64,000 nucleotides of DNA from Azolla caroliniana (taxonomy: Eukaryota > Plantae > Polypodiophyta). The number at the start of each line of letters is the position of its first letter. Position 1 is the stretch's first letter. Below are positions 50,351 to 62,880 of the stretch, in pieces. The notes below the pieces were generated by a model. That model ran no database searches. It worked only from the letters and a program-made list of their open reading frames with translations, and was not told the DNA's origin. The DNA lies in contig JBHGNT010000005.1 in assembly GCA_043228905.1 (NCBI GenBank), positions 3,782,001 to 3,846,000 of the forward strand, given 5' to 3'. A program made the translations under genes and the position numbers.

Positions 50351-50515
50351 ACGTCTGCCTGAGCATCCTCACTCCCACGCCACTCCCCCACCATTTGGTG
50401 TGATGGAGTGGCGGACATGGTTGTCTGTTGGAGCCCTTCTCCCACACGTTGCGAGTATTTGGCACTAGAGGTCGGCTGAAATGCATCGATTACTCCGTGT
50501 GGCGACGCGTCCTTC
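50351..50515 (+). pseudogene. 3' end of the 5.8S pseudogene (to ~50368) and start of probable ITS2
   Basis: acgtctgcctgagcatcc continues the 5.8S consensus ACGTCTGCCTGGGCGTC, followed by GC-rich spacer-like sequence. Confidence 0.8.
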
Positions 50516-51538
50516 AAGATAAAGGCATTTACAATCTAAAGCTCTTACTTTTAATATGAGCAACGCCTTATGAAATGAACTATATTATAAAATACATTGA
50601 AGTGTTAGTGATGTCTATGAGTAACATAACTTAAAGATATTCTTTTTACGTATTAAAAGCTAGAAAATATAATCCTAGGACCCTATCGTCACATGTAATC
50701 ACTATTGTATATACATATGTGAATCAATGTAAATGAATTGGGATGACAAATGCAATATGTTTACATGAGAACAAATAACATATACATAATCTCAAAAGTT
50801 TTTTCATGTGTTCCCATTCAATCATTGACACGTAATAGTGTAAAGTTATAAAAATGTCAAACATACAAACCATTGCCTAAGTACAAACACCACTTCCACA
50901 AAAATGAATGTGTTTTCTTTGAATAATTGCATTCTATAAAGAGCAAACCAATGAAAATGACACATGTAACTGTTCTCCTATATGTTCACAATTTATCATT
51001 GTAATTGGATTAAATAAGGGCAACACAAAAGACATTTGCATACAGTTAAAGTTGAGGCATTGTTGTAAAATATGTTTTCCCACTTTGTTGACACATGAAA
51101 GAGCAAAAAATATTTGAATTAAATTATGTAGACAACCTTACTTTTGTAGAGATGACATCAGCAAAAAGTTCAAATGTTAATTTTATCTGTAGGCTATCTT
51201 TTTGGAGAAGAGAACCGGTAATAAAAGTTTGTATTTACATGTCAATGAATGGTGAAACTATGATGGCCTTAAAATATGGAAAACCAATATTATGTTTACC
51301 GCTACTTTTCATTTAAGGTTTCCTAGCAACGAGGTCACCATGATCACGAGTAGGAGAGGATTGGGATGCATTGCCATTATCTTGTGTCAATGCACGAGGA
51401 TGGTGTGAGACTTTCTTGTTTAACTAAGGAGAGAACTCCCATTGTCTAACATAAATCTCACACTCGGGTCAAGAAGGGAACTATTTGAATACAAATGTTT
51501 GTGTCAACACAAGTCTTCATGGTATGAATAGTGCCCTC

Positions 51539-51794
51539 TAGGAATCGGCAATGGTTTGGCAATGCTCAAGCTAAACTATATCATTTAGGGTTGAATTGGT
51601 TCCTAAACCGGTTAGTCTTAAACTAGTTTAGGAACTGATTTGGTTCTAAATGGTTCGGTTTGGCTTGAGCCTTGCCAAACTGAGCTCAAACCGGTTGAGA
51701 ATGTTCCAGTTTGAATCAAGCCAAATTGACCCTCAAACTGCGAAACAATTTAACAACTCGGTTTAGGCGTGAGGCGAACCGTTGCCAATTCCTA
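51539..51794. mobile_element. hAT-type MITE
   Basis: TIRs taggaatcggcaatggtt / aaccgttgccaattccta; 8-bp TSD gtgccctc (51531-51538) vs gtgccatc (51795-51802). Confidence 0.8.
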
Positions 51795-51991
51795 GTGCCA
51801 TCCACAAATATTTTGTTGAGCAATATGTAATATTATCTCCATTTCACCTTCATTTTTTATGGATGGATTGTATTGGTTACTCACCACAATTATGACAATT
51901 TTGTTTCTTGACGAGTACATTGGGACCTGGGAGTTGATGAAGCATCATTAAAATATGTACATCTTCTTTTCCCTTCCTTCATTTAACTACA

Positions 51992-52486
51992 TTTTTTTGA
52001 CCCAAAAAAGATACTACATTAGTATTAGAAAACGCCATAAGGCTAAACATACAAGATATACCACCAATCCCCAATGTTTTTCTAAATTCTAACCATCAGC
52101 TTAAATAAATACTTTGGTGTTCTTCTCACCGAAACAACCATCAACCTTTGTATTGCTTATGATTTAATAATACCAAGGTGTATCTTTTGTTAAACAACCA
52201 TCAACCTTTGTATCTTTTGGTGTTGAGTAGAACCACTCCACCTTATCAAAACACCGTCTATAAAATATACCTATGTCCCAAATGGCATGAAACTCCAAAT
52301 GCTTAAGCTTTGCTTGATGCGTATTACCTTTTATACTATCCAAAAACCCTTTGAGATTATGCACAATCTCTATCCAAATTCCCAAAATTATTTGGGCAGG
52401 TCTTTCAGTCACATTTTGAAATACCTTCAAACATTGAGCCTTCCAAGTATACCAAATTGTAATACTACTTACCAATTGCCATATTT
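51992..52486 (-). mobile_element. 5'-truncated copy of the 42-48 kb LINE family with a ~100-bp internal insertion
   Basis: VSSITIWYTWKAQC..VEWFYSTPK plus matching 3' UTR. Insertion ~52121-52215 contains duplicated aaacaaccatcaacctttgtat. Confidence 0.88.
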
Positions 52487-55400
52487 ACTTTCTTAATTAT
52501 GAAGTAAACTTTTCTACTCTATGTACATCTCTCTTTTTCTTCCTTTAACTACGGATGAAAAAGGAGCTACATCATTTACGTTCATATCAAAACCGCTTTT
52601 TTTTTGTACGTCTAATAAAGAATAAATATGGGTCAATCCGTGACATTTTTTGTACGTTTCGATAAGAAAAATGTATTTGTCATTTGCAAAGTGTATGCTT
52701 TAATCAAATATAAATATAGAAACCAGATTGGCAGTTGCAAATTTTAATGTTTTCTTATGAGAGTGAGTAGGTTGCTTAGGCATCTTGACATCAAACAACT
52801 CATGCCTTTTGTTATATATTTCTAAGTTCAATCGTCCAAGTTGTCAAATCAATTAGAAATATGACAATCTTTAATATATTTCCTAAATATCTCTCTTACA
52901 AGATTGGGTTAGTTGACATCCAAGTTTCCAACCTATATTTCCATGGTTCTAATAGTATATCGTACTTACGCCACAGTGTTTTTGGATTGTGGTAGGATAT
53001 ATAGGCGTGAATGGGAAGCATGAGGAGTAGGATTCCCTCGGTGTGTATGAATTATAGTTTGTTGGATCAATCAGTGGTCCGTGTTAGAGGCAGGAAAGGA
53101 TACAATGTGGTTCACATTCTATACTATTTGTTTTTGGTTGACCATGGTTGTGCCTAAAAGGCGTAGTTCTTGTATGTATAAATCAAACCTTTGTAAAACA
53201 TAACCTAAGAATTCTAAAGTTAAAAATATGTAGTATTTTGGTTGTTTTTAATAATGCTCACATACATCTGAGAACCATGCTTATTGAATTCTGGTTGTTA
53301 TTTGTCCATACCATACGTGGGCAATATGATGATCTACAGGGTTCAGCTGATGCTCTAAGGCAACGTCAAGTGGACTTTAAGAAACAATGGCGTGGGCTTC
53401 ACTTATTTTCAGATACAACTTCTGGTATGAGTTGGAATTATGCCATACCTTCTTTTTTATTGAATAGCTTGTAGCTTGTGCTCCTCTCGTTTCTTATATG
53501 ATACCATCTGTTTGATCAGATGTTGGTATTAGCTTTTGTATTACAATAGAGGTGAGATGAAATGTCTCCTTTTGTTTTCTATATGTACATTTCTCGAGTA
53601 AAATATTAAGGTGTATCTTTCTTGCAAAAAATAAAATAAAATTTAGTATTCTTGTGAGTATGGGATTATTTCTTTTTACCTAACTCATTCAATTCATATG
53701 TTGCGTTTATTGTGAGAACATGTGGGTTCCATATGTTTGATTAGTCTAGTGAGGTACAAGTGAGCAAAATTCAACGTGGAAAAAGAAGAACATCATGATC
53801 GAGGAAGGGCCAATGAAGGGAGTAACAAAATATACCATAGTAATAATTGTGGAAAAAGGAAGAACATAATTTCAGAAACTACTGAGAAAAAGGTACAAAC
53901 TCACAGACCATATGATAGACATATTAGTTCTTCGATAACACTCCTATATATTTCGAAACTATTGCGAAATAGGTAGTGGCTCACACACAACATATGATAG
54001 CCAAAATGGTTCTTCAAATAGCACTCCTATATGGACATTCATCATATTATGCCTCGGTCCACAACACTCAATATAGATCCATATGATTTGCTTCGAAGAG
54101 ATTTATTGTCGCAATTTGTTTTAAGGAAAATTTGACAAGACCGTTTTGAAAGATGGAACTTGGAAGTTGAATTGTTACGTCAGTGAACAAAACCCTAGTT
54201 TTAACAATATTTGGAACTGTTGTGGTGAGCTGAAAAAGAAGAAAACTATATAGGAAGACACTGCTCAATCAACCCTACCAATTAAATTTGTTAACTCTTC
54301 AAAAATTAACAAATAAGTGAATGTTATCACATTAGGGGCAACCCTTTTAATAATTATTATCATTGTGTACCCCCTTGCATGTTGGTTTTGTCATAAACCA
54401 AAAGTTTTGAGTGTGTGATGAGCATGAAGAAATCGGTTATATTCTTTTTGTTTTTGTCCTTGCTTCTCAGAAGTCTTGAGATCAGGTAAGATGGCATTGC
54501 ATAGCCAATGTCAAATGGTCAAGGGGTATGCAAAGGCTATGGTTTGTGAACCATGGTAGCCAAATCGGCATATAGTCAGTCAGTCCAATTCGCATTGGAT
54601 TCTGATGCATGTAGGTTCAATTGACGTTATAAAGTCACATGCCTGACATAAATTCACTTAAATTTATAAACACGTAGATAAAGTGACATTTAACAGCATC
54701 AGAAAGTCTAGCAATTCAGCTTTTACAGAGAAAGACACATTATAGGAACAAAAAATTTGTAGTAATGGGCGATGATTTACTCCCTTTGCTACTCTGCTCG
54801 CCAAGGAACACTTTGGAAGCTCTAAATATGGGTTTTGGTTCCTGAAATGGGTGTAAATTTGCAGGCTTGTTTTCTAGGTTTGGGCTCTATCTTATTTTAT
54901 TAGTTACCCCCATTAAAGAAATACTGAAATACATGCCAGGTTCGGGCTCTATCTTGTTGCATTACCTTCTATTACTCACCAATTAAAGAAACACTGCAAG
55001 AGGCCCCAATATTTGGGGGCTAACCAGGTACGAAGTTCTTTGTTACAGAGTTATCTAACTTCATTCATTTGTATAGAACTTCTGGAATGCTGAAATTATT
55101 CAAATTTGGTTGCTCAATTAGCGTTTTACTGCCCTGTATGTATTTATGGCAAGGACTCCCTTAGATTAGATATATCCAAAACCTAGAGGTTGCAACGTAC
55201 CATAACCTAGATAAGAATAAACAAACATCGATGAACAACAGGTTGAAACAAAGTAATGCATGCCTGCCAAGAGAGAAAAAGAAATTGATTACTATTAACG
55301 TCATTACCCTAGAGATGAGATGGAAATGAACAAACCAATAAATGATCAAAACTTTACATGGGCATTTTTATATAGAAGTCATTTGCCAATGTTGAGGTCT

Positions 55401-55626
55401 TTCAGGAGAAAGTCTTTCTTAAGGAAGCAGTTCACCAAATTTAATCACTTGGGAAACGTTGCCAGCAGATTGTGTACCATTTATCAAAAAACTAAATAAA
55501 ATAATAGTGGGAGATTAACAAGTAGTCACAATTCCGCCCCCAAACACTTGTCAAAAAATCAAAACTTCAAATAGTATTTAAATGCAGCAAAAACCCAGTT
55601 ACATTAAATGGTTTTTTTCTTCATTA

Positions 55627-57885
55627 TCAATCCTCTTCTACATAAAAATGATATGCATACATGTTGGACATGCATATGTAAGCAGTCACATTATCCTCTT
55701 TCAATTGCAAAATATTTTCAAACATCTCTTCTGCAAGCATGACATTACCCCATTTCCAACATACTGCCATGATAGACTGCCATATCACAATGGTAGGTTG
55801 AAAAGGCATCCTATAAAGGACCTCTAATGCAATTACTGGATTACCTGACCGTCCAAACAAATCAGCAATACAAACATAATGTTCATATGTCAAAAGCATT
55901 TTTTGCTGACATTTATTTTTAGTTATTGAGTCTAGAAATATTTGAGCCTCATCCAGAAACCCAGCATTTGAGCATGCTTTAAGAACACTCATCACCATAA
56001 CCTTGTCTAGTGACCCTATATTGCATTGCGTTAACATTCGGTCATAAAGTACAAACACGCTTTCAGCCCATCCAAAATGAGCATATCCTGAAATCAGTGA
56101 CGTCCAAGAGATTGCATTCTTACATGGAAGGTTATGAAACACATTTTCTGCCTCTAAAAGTAGTCCACATTTGGCATACATATCAACCAAGATTCCACTT
56201 ACACGAAGGTCTTCATCTGACCCTTTCCGGACTACATCGGCATGAATGACGTATCCTTTTGTTGTTGCTCCAACTGTAGCACAAGATTTCAAGCCATAGG
56301 CAAGGGTAATGGAATTTATATCCATGCTAACTTGTTGCATGTGATTCAAATGATTCAATACTTCCTTGCTATAGTGCCCATTTTCAGCATACCCTCCGAT
56401 CAATGTCGTCCATGAAACCACATCTTGAATAAGAATGTTGTCAAAAACATGTTGTGCTTCACCAATGTGTCCACACTTTACATACATATTAACCAAACTA
56501 CTGCCCATAATACCACAATTGTCTATTTCCAGGAAACCAAGCCTAGTTATATCATTATGTACACGTTGTCCCTTGTGTATATCTATTAGAATACTACAAG
56601 CTTTTAGGCTACAAATAAATGCACTACTATCCATACAGTACCCTCCTGCTTGCATTTGATGAAAGCTTTCGAGTGACTCCTCATAAAAACCGAGCTTCAT
56701 ATATCCATTGATCAATGACGTCCATGAGACCACTGTTTTTTCTTGAACCTTATCAAATATTTTCTTGGCATCTAATACCAATCCACATTTAGCATACATA
56801 TCAACCAAGGAGTTTGCAACCACAACGTTTGTTTCCAGCCCCTTTTGCATAATTTCAGCATGAATTCGTTGTCCGTAAGGTAAATAGCCTACGATGATAC
56901 AAGCACCCAATATGCAAGCTAGCAAAACAGCATCCGAAGCTATCAAACCCTCATCTTGCATACGCTCAAAATAGTGTATTGCCTCTTGGCCAAGGGATTG
57001 CCCAACATATCCAGCCAACAATGCAGTCCATGACACTAGGTTTTGGACTGGCAACTTATCAAATACATCTTGTGCTTCTCTGAGCATCCCACATGTAGCA
57101 TACATATCAACTAATGTGCTCCCTATAAAATCATTCTCTTGAAGCAAACAAGTTCCAACTATCAATGCATGTACTTCACTAACCTTCTTTATATCTCCCA
57201 TGCCTCCACAAGCCTTCAAGCTGTATATGAATGTGGATCCAATGGGACATACACCTTCATGGCACATTTGTTTAAAGCAAGAAAATCCTTCCTCACAAAA
57301 TTCATGTTGTATATATGCCCCAATGATAGCATTCCATGACACTACATTTCGGCTTCGAAGCCTCACAAACACTCCTTGTGCTTCCATGAAGCAACCGAAT
57401 TTAGCATACATATCAACCAATGTGCTTCCAATGAAGAGGTTCATTTCAAACCCTTTCTTTACTATTTCAACATGCATGTCAGAACCGTCTCTACTAGATC
57501 CCATACCACTACAAGCTTTCAGGCCACAAGAGAATGTCACAACATCTAGATATAAACCATTGTGTCTCATTTTCGTCATACAATCAAGTGCCTCTTCAAA
57601 AGCTCCATGTTCAACATATCCTGACATTAGTGCAGTCCATGTGACAATGTTTTTAACTGGGAGGCTGTCAAACACTTCCTGCGCTTTTGAAACAGAACCA
57701 CATTTCAAATACATATCAACCAAGCTGCTCCCAATAAAAATATTTGTTTCTAGAAACATCATTCTGGCTATCTCAGCATGTATTTCACATCCTTTTTCCA
57801 GGTCTTTGATCTTGATGCAAGCCCTGAGCAAGGTCAAAAAAGTCTTAAAATTTGGGTGTGGTGAAAGCATTTTCAGCTTTGTCAT
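55627..57885 (-). CDS. PLS-class pentatricopeptide repeat protein with C-terminal E region, no DYW (putative organellar RNA-editing specificity factor); true start uncertain
   Basis: Repeating P-L-S triplets (..LVDMYAKCG..A..VFD....NVVSWT.LI.GY..G..EEA..F..M), ending HYVCIADLFGRSG..MPFQPTIVIWQSIMAVC..AYICMSNMYA. Confidence 0.92.
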   Translation of the reverse strand: MTKLKMLSPHPNFKTFLTLLRACIKIKDLEKGCEIHAEIARMMFLETNIFIGSSLVDMYLKCGSVSKAQEVFDSLPVKNIVTWTALMSGYVEHGAFEEALDCMTKMRHNGLYLDVVTFSCGLKACSGMGSSRDGSDMHVEIVKKGFEMNLFIGSTLVDMYAKFGCFMEAQGVFVRLRSRNVVSWNAIIGAYIQHEFCEEGFSCFKQMCHEGVCPIGSTFIYSLKACGGMGDIKKVSEVHALIVGTCLLQENDFIGSTLVDMYATCGMLREAQDVFDKLPVQNLVSWTALLAGYVGQSLGQEAIHYFERMQDEGLIASDAVLLACILGACIIVGYLPYGQRIHAEIMQKGLETNVVVANSLVDMYAKCGLVLDAKKIFDKVQEKTVVSWTSLINGYMKLGFYEESLESFHQMQAGGYCMDSSAFICSLKACSILIDIHKGQRVHNDITRLGFLEIDNCGIMGSSLVNMYVKCGHIGEAQHVFDNILIQDVVSWTTLIGGYAENGHYSKEVLNHLNHMQQVSMDINSITLAYGLKSCATVGATTKGYVIHADVVRKGSDEDLRVSGILVDMYAKCGLLLEAENVFHNLPCKNAISWTSLISGYAHFGWAESVFVLYDRMLTQCNIGSLDKVMVMSVLKACSNAGFLDEAQIFLDSITKNKCQQKMLLTYEHYVCIADLFGRSGNPVIALEVLYRMPFQPTIVIWQSIMAVCWKWGNVMLAEEMFENILQLKEDNVTAYICMSNMYAYHFYVEED

Positions 57886-58034
57886 ATATAACCCATCCTA
57901 TGACAATGAAACAATTACCATAGCTACCATGGAGAGTATCTCTTTAACATGGTTTTGGCATGCATGTACATCCTCTTTCCCCATAATTGAGCTTGAAAAA
58001 AAGCTTGAGAAATCCCATAAAATTCTTTGCCCTT

Positions 58035-58355
58035 GGATATACAGATTTTGTACATTCACTGGTAAAAAAAGAGCATTTTCTGATTCATCAGGTTTAACCT
58101 AGCTTATAATAAGAAAAATTGCAGATGCACATACGTCCATAGTCTATGATGAATCAGACCCTATACAAACACATATCCATAAGTACATACACAAATACAT
58201 ATACAGATTTTGTACATTCAATGGTAAAAAAAAAGAGCATTTTCTCGTTCATCAGGTTTAACCTAGCCTATGATAAGACAAATTGCAGACCCACATACAT
58301 CCATAGTCTAAGATGAATCAGATCCTATACAAACACATATACATAAGTACATACA
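58035..58355. repeat. Tandem duplication (~165 bp) upstream of the PPR ORF
   Basis: atatacagattttgtacattca..gagcattttct..ttcatcaggtttaacctagc..gatgaatcaga..ctatacaaacacatat occurs twice, followed by acataagtacat repeats. Confidence 0.85.
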
Positions 58356-59761
58356 TAAGTACATACATAAGTACATATTCATAAGTACAAAGGCTATGAT
58401 GAGTCAAATACATCCATATACATTTAGGTACACACATACATAGATACATGTATGTATGCATAAATACAGACAGGTGCATTTCCTCGTAAATTCTGCAGGC
58501 CTTGTACTTGTGAAAATAATAATAGACGGGAATTTCAAGCTGATGTTATATGGATTCCAACACCATGTCATCCAACAGAGTAATCCTTGAAAGATGCAAG
58601 GCCATTGAGGTATCGCTGTGTTCTTCAGATATGGAGCCATGATTTGCAACAGAGCGCAAGTAGCGATGGTTTCTGAGAAACAGGAAAAACTACCCCCAAG
58701 ATTTTGCTTATTTCCCCGGATATGAAAACAGATGTCGAAGGTTCACGCATATATCATAACTAAAAGGCATGAATTTACCATAAGATAAATATAGTTATGG
58801 GGGTCGACCATGGAGAGGCTTTGGGACATAATGAAAGACCTTATGAACGTTCATGGAAAGCCATGCTGCACACACAAAGGTGGGACTTTTCTATGTGAGC
58901 ATTTGGCCTTAGTTGGAGCCAAATTACATATTCAATCAAACAGGTTTCATTCTCATTTTGGACACTTAAGTCATCATGAATCTTGGATCATTGATGTTGC
59001 ATACAACACTTTGGTGTGACATGTGGGTATTTGAGATAATTGGTCTTTGGGATACCCATATTGCTATATAATTCAAATTCTGTTTACAAAAGAGGGGTCA
59101 TAATGTCAAGAGTATGCACTACCATATCTTGAGCAGAGACATGAAATAAACAATTAATGAGTAGCATGTTGTGTCACTTAAAAATTGCTGAAGGAATTTT
59201 CATACATTTCGGTGTTAAGTAGTCATGAGATATAACTCTTCTCTGTCCTTTACAATTCACACATTAATTATGACACAGTTCTTTTATATTAGCTAATTGC
59301 TACATGATAATTCACACTATAATGACAGGTCCAATCTTCTGCCCAGAGCATATACAAACTAAATATAGCAAAGCTACTATAATGAAGGATTTAGTGTATA
59401 AGAGCACCTACAATTTCATAGCAATCAGTTTAGGTGAATGTTTCTTCTTCAACACAAACATTAGTCTAAAAACAAAAATTTCACAGGGAAACGTTTCTTC
59501 TTCAAGGGAGGTAAAAGGAGTCAACTTCATTCCTTAATGCCCTTTGCAGTTAAAAAGAAAGATTGATGTGAAAACCCCTCTTTGCAAGTGATGTAGGAAA
59601 GTTATCCACCAAAACAGCATTTCAACAGCAACTAACAAACTGTTCCCCAGAAAAAACCCTTTGAACAGCAACTAAGAAGCTCTTTACAGCTTGATTTCTT
59701 GTCCAGAATCTGAAACGAATACCAGAATGTGACCAAATTCAGATACAAGCATTCATCTACA

Positions 59762-62031
59762 TTATTCTTCGCCTTCATCCATATCCCCATCTTCAGGTAC
59801 ACCTCGCAGATAGAGGACATTATTACACCTGCACAAGTAAAAGCATTTTTGAAGTATTGCATATGGTCAACATTAAATACATACAAAATTATTGATATTA
59901 AAGAGTTATTAGCAACTCTATAAATTGAAGGGCTGCAAAAACACCCTTTAAAGAGTACTTTTTGTGATAATCCTTGTAAGAAATCTAGATAATAATGATA
60001 GTAAGCATAAAGCATGTTGCCAATCAAGAAGTACATGGAATAGCTATGGTGTTTATTATTAATCTACTTAGTTCCAGAACTAATAGAGAAACCATATACA
60101 TTTGTAGCTGATCAAGTAAGCAAACTTCACCAATGAAATTATTATCGTTGATATGGTTTTATAATGACTCTGGATAATTTCTAGTGGAGCTTTATTATCC
60201 TCTATTCTTTAGACCGGAGATGGTAATATTGAAAGTGGTTAATCAAATCAATCAAATATACACTTTCTATTAAACTATTAACTAAACTTATAACATTACA
60301 TTTGTACAACGGATGAGCTATTAATTAACCAACCAAACACACAGTGTTTGGTTAAATAAGCAAGCTTAATGTTTTAATAGAGTAGTAATTTCATAGAAAT
60401 GTTTTTATTTCTGAACTGGTAAAAAAAGTACATCATTTTTAAAACTCACTGTCTGTTGAAGGGCAACTTAAATTTTCCCTTGTACCAGAAGCATAATTCC
60501 TTTCAAATACTATAGCTACTACTTAGCAAGAATACTTCTCTAGGATTTATAAGCATTATATGTTTCAAATAGACTTTCACTGTCTGCTGAGGGCAACTTA
60601 AATTTTCCTTTGTAACAGAAAAGCATAATTCCTTTCAAATACTATAGTTGCCACTTAGCAAGAATGGTTCTCCAGGATTTATAAGTTAGTGATGTTAAAG
60701 TGTTGCCTAATCAAAATAAATCACCAATATTTTTACCAAAAACATTACCAATGATAATAGATTGACGTCTTACCTGATCAATATTTCTCCAAGATTCCCA
60801 GTAAGCTGCCCATCAATGTATTCTTCTGTGCTAGCTAGCTGTAGTGATAGTAAACACAGTAAGTTCCTTAAAACAATTCATGTCGGAATCACTGGATACA
60901 AGGTAATGTATCCAGTGATAGTAAACAGTATAACAAGGTCATGTACAACAATGTTTAACTCGATCTCAGCCAAGAAAAACTTACTTGCAAATTCATGTAC
61001 GAATCAATGGATACAAGGTAACCTGCAAGTAGGACATCACATGTTAATAAGTACAAATCCACATCTGAGCTTTTGTATGCATTAAGATAAAAAATGATCA
61101 CAATATAGATTCCATTTTATCACCAGTCTATTGCTCGCAAGATGATTCTCTAAAGAGCTCAAACAATTAGATGGGAATTTCCGGTAGTATGGATCCTTTT
61201 ACCATGATGTTTCACAACTTCAATTACTCTTCTTGAGGCTTACAAAAGTCACAAAGCTATAAAAACTCAATGAATCTAATGGCATAAATATGGTAGAAAA
61301 CAAAATTCTGCCCTAAATATGGTAGAAAAACAAAATCCAAGAGTTTCAAAAATGATTGTGCATTTTAAATTGTCCAAAATTTCACAAAAACATCCCTAAG
61401 TCCTCGAATGTCTCTAATTTAAGGCACAGGATGTCATATTTATCATGCGATAACAGATCAGACATAATATTATTGCAATCATAATCATCTAAAATGAGTA
61501 GGTAGGTTAGTCTGCTGCAGGGGGAAATAATGGGGTAAGTTTTATCAGTTTCAGAGAAAAAAATGAGGATTTGTTTTAGTTTTAGTTTCACCTTAGATAG
61601 TCAGAAAGCCAAACTAGTAAATTTTTTAAATGTACAGAGTCTGCTTCTAAGTTTTCAAAAACAACTAATTGCATAGCCATAAAGAGACAACCTTCTCAAG
61701 AAGTGCGGGAATTTTTTCTTGCTTATAAAGAAAATCGAAAATATCCACTTTCACAAAACAGGATAAAATAAACAAAACCTTTGTATTCCATGCCCCATTT
61801 CAGTTTAACAATGACTCGTTTTCCGGTCAAATTGTTGAGAAAAGGCTTGGGATTTACAGGTATGGCCTATAAAAGAAAGAAAATTATAAAATCATTTTAA
61901 ATAACTGGCAACAATATAGAAGGAACAAACTTGGAATACATCAAGATTAAGAAAAGACAAAAATGGAATAAACCAAAATATGACATAACAAAATGGAATA
62001 AATCAAACAACAAAGTTTAACTTACAGCCAT
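59762..62031 (-). CDS. RUXF: Small nuclear ribonucleoprotein F (SmF), 87 aa
   Basis: GT-AG coding exons 62031-62026, 61866-61779, 61022-60985, 60838-60774, 59828-59762 (264 nt) give [87 protein letters not shown]. Confidence 0.95.
60447..60685. repeat. Tandem duplication (~130 bp) in the last SmF intron
   Basis: tcactgtctg(t/c)tga(a)gggcaacttaaattttcc..gcataattcctttcaaatactatag..cttagcaagaat..aggatttataag occurs twice. Confidence 0.85.
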
Positions 62032-62721
62032 AGTGAAGGTTGATCTTTACTATAGCTTTGTTAGCTAACTAGATACCTGTTCAAATGCAAACAATGTGTT
62101 AACACAATAAGGCGAGTCTGAGGACTTTGAAAAGATCAAATTTAAGAACTATATGAGGTTTAGCACGAATTAGATCATAAGTGAATTACTATTCACGGAC
62201 TTAGTTGTCATTCCATCTCAGCAATCAGTTCCTTGTGTTGTTGCATCATGTGAGTAATGCGAGTTTCTCAAATAGGTGTTGGCTGTGGAACTCCTACTCA
62301 TACTTTCGAAAGAGAACAGTCTTCTCATACTTTCGAAAGGGAAAGTTTTCGTTTTGGAGTTAGATCACATGCTTTTCAAAACATATTCTCTCCCCCTCCC
62401 CCTCCCCCTCCCCCTACCTCTCTGTGTGTTCAAAATTGTTTAAGAATGAAAATTATCTATCTCTTCCTTTGTCTTGTCTCTCTTCATCTATGAATCTAAA
62501 CACATTTACGCAGAAAAAGTAGGATTTTGAAATAAATCTGCATTCATTGCACGGAAATAGTCACATAAACAATCAGCACTCATTGCACAGAAATAGGCAC
62601 GTATATAATCAGTACGCATGGCACAGAAACACACAAAACATATAGACAGATTTGCAGACCAAGACTAACGTACAAAGAAAAAATAAGGAGAATTGTTTCG
62701 GAGAAAGCGAGAGGAGAGTAC

Positions 62722-62794
62722 CTGAGAAGCCTTCGAACAACTTCAAACGTTTGGCTGGAAAACGTGCAGTGTGAATTTATACTCGATTTTATGT

Positions 62795-62832
<38 letters not shown>

Positions 62833-62880
62833 GGAAGGTGGGGGGGAGAGAGAGTGACAGTGAGTTAAGTGAGTGAGTGT
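62722..62880 (-). other. Probable non-coding first exon (5' UTR) of SmF with (CT)n tract
   Basis: Minus-strand donor CAG|GTAC at 62722/62721, downstream acceptor at 62077/62076, and (GA)n at 62800-62830 as is common in plant 5' UTRs. Confidence 0.55.

Noticed and set aside
53148-53474. DDLQGSADALRQRQVDFKKQ resembling a SNARE/VAMP coiled coil
   Set aside because: Too short and weak; no transmembrane tail or other exons identified.
57200-58102. 300-aa plus-strand ORF
   Set aside because: Antisense shadow of the PPR coding sequence; no recognisable motifs.
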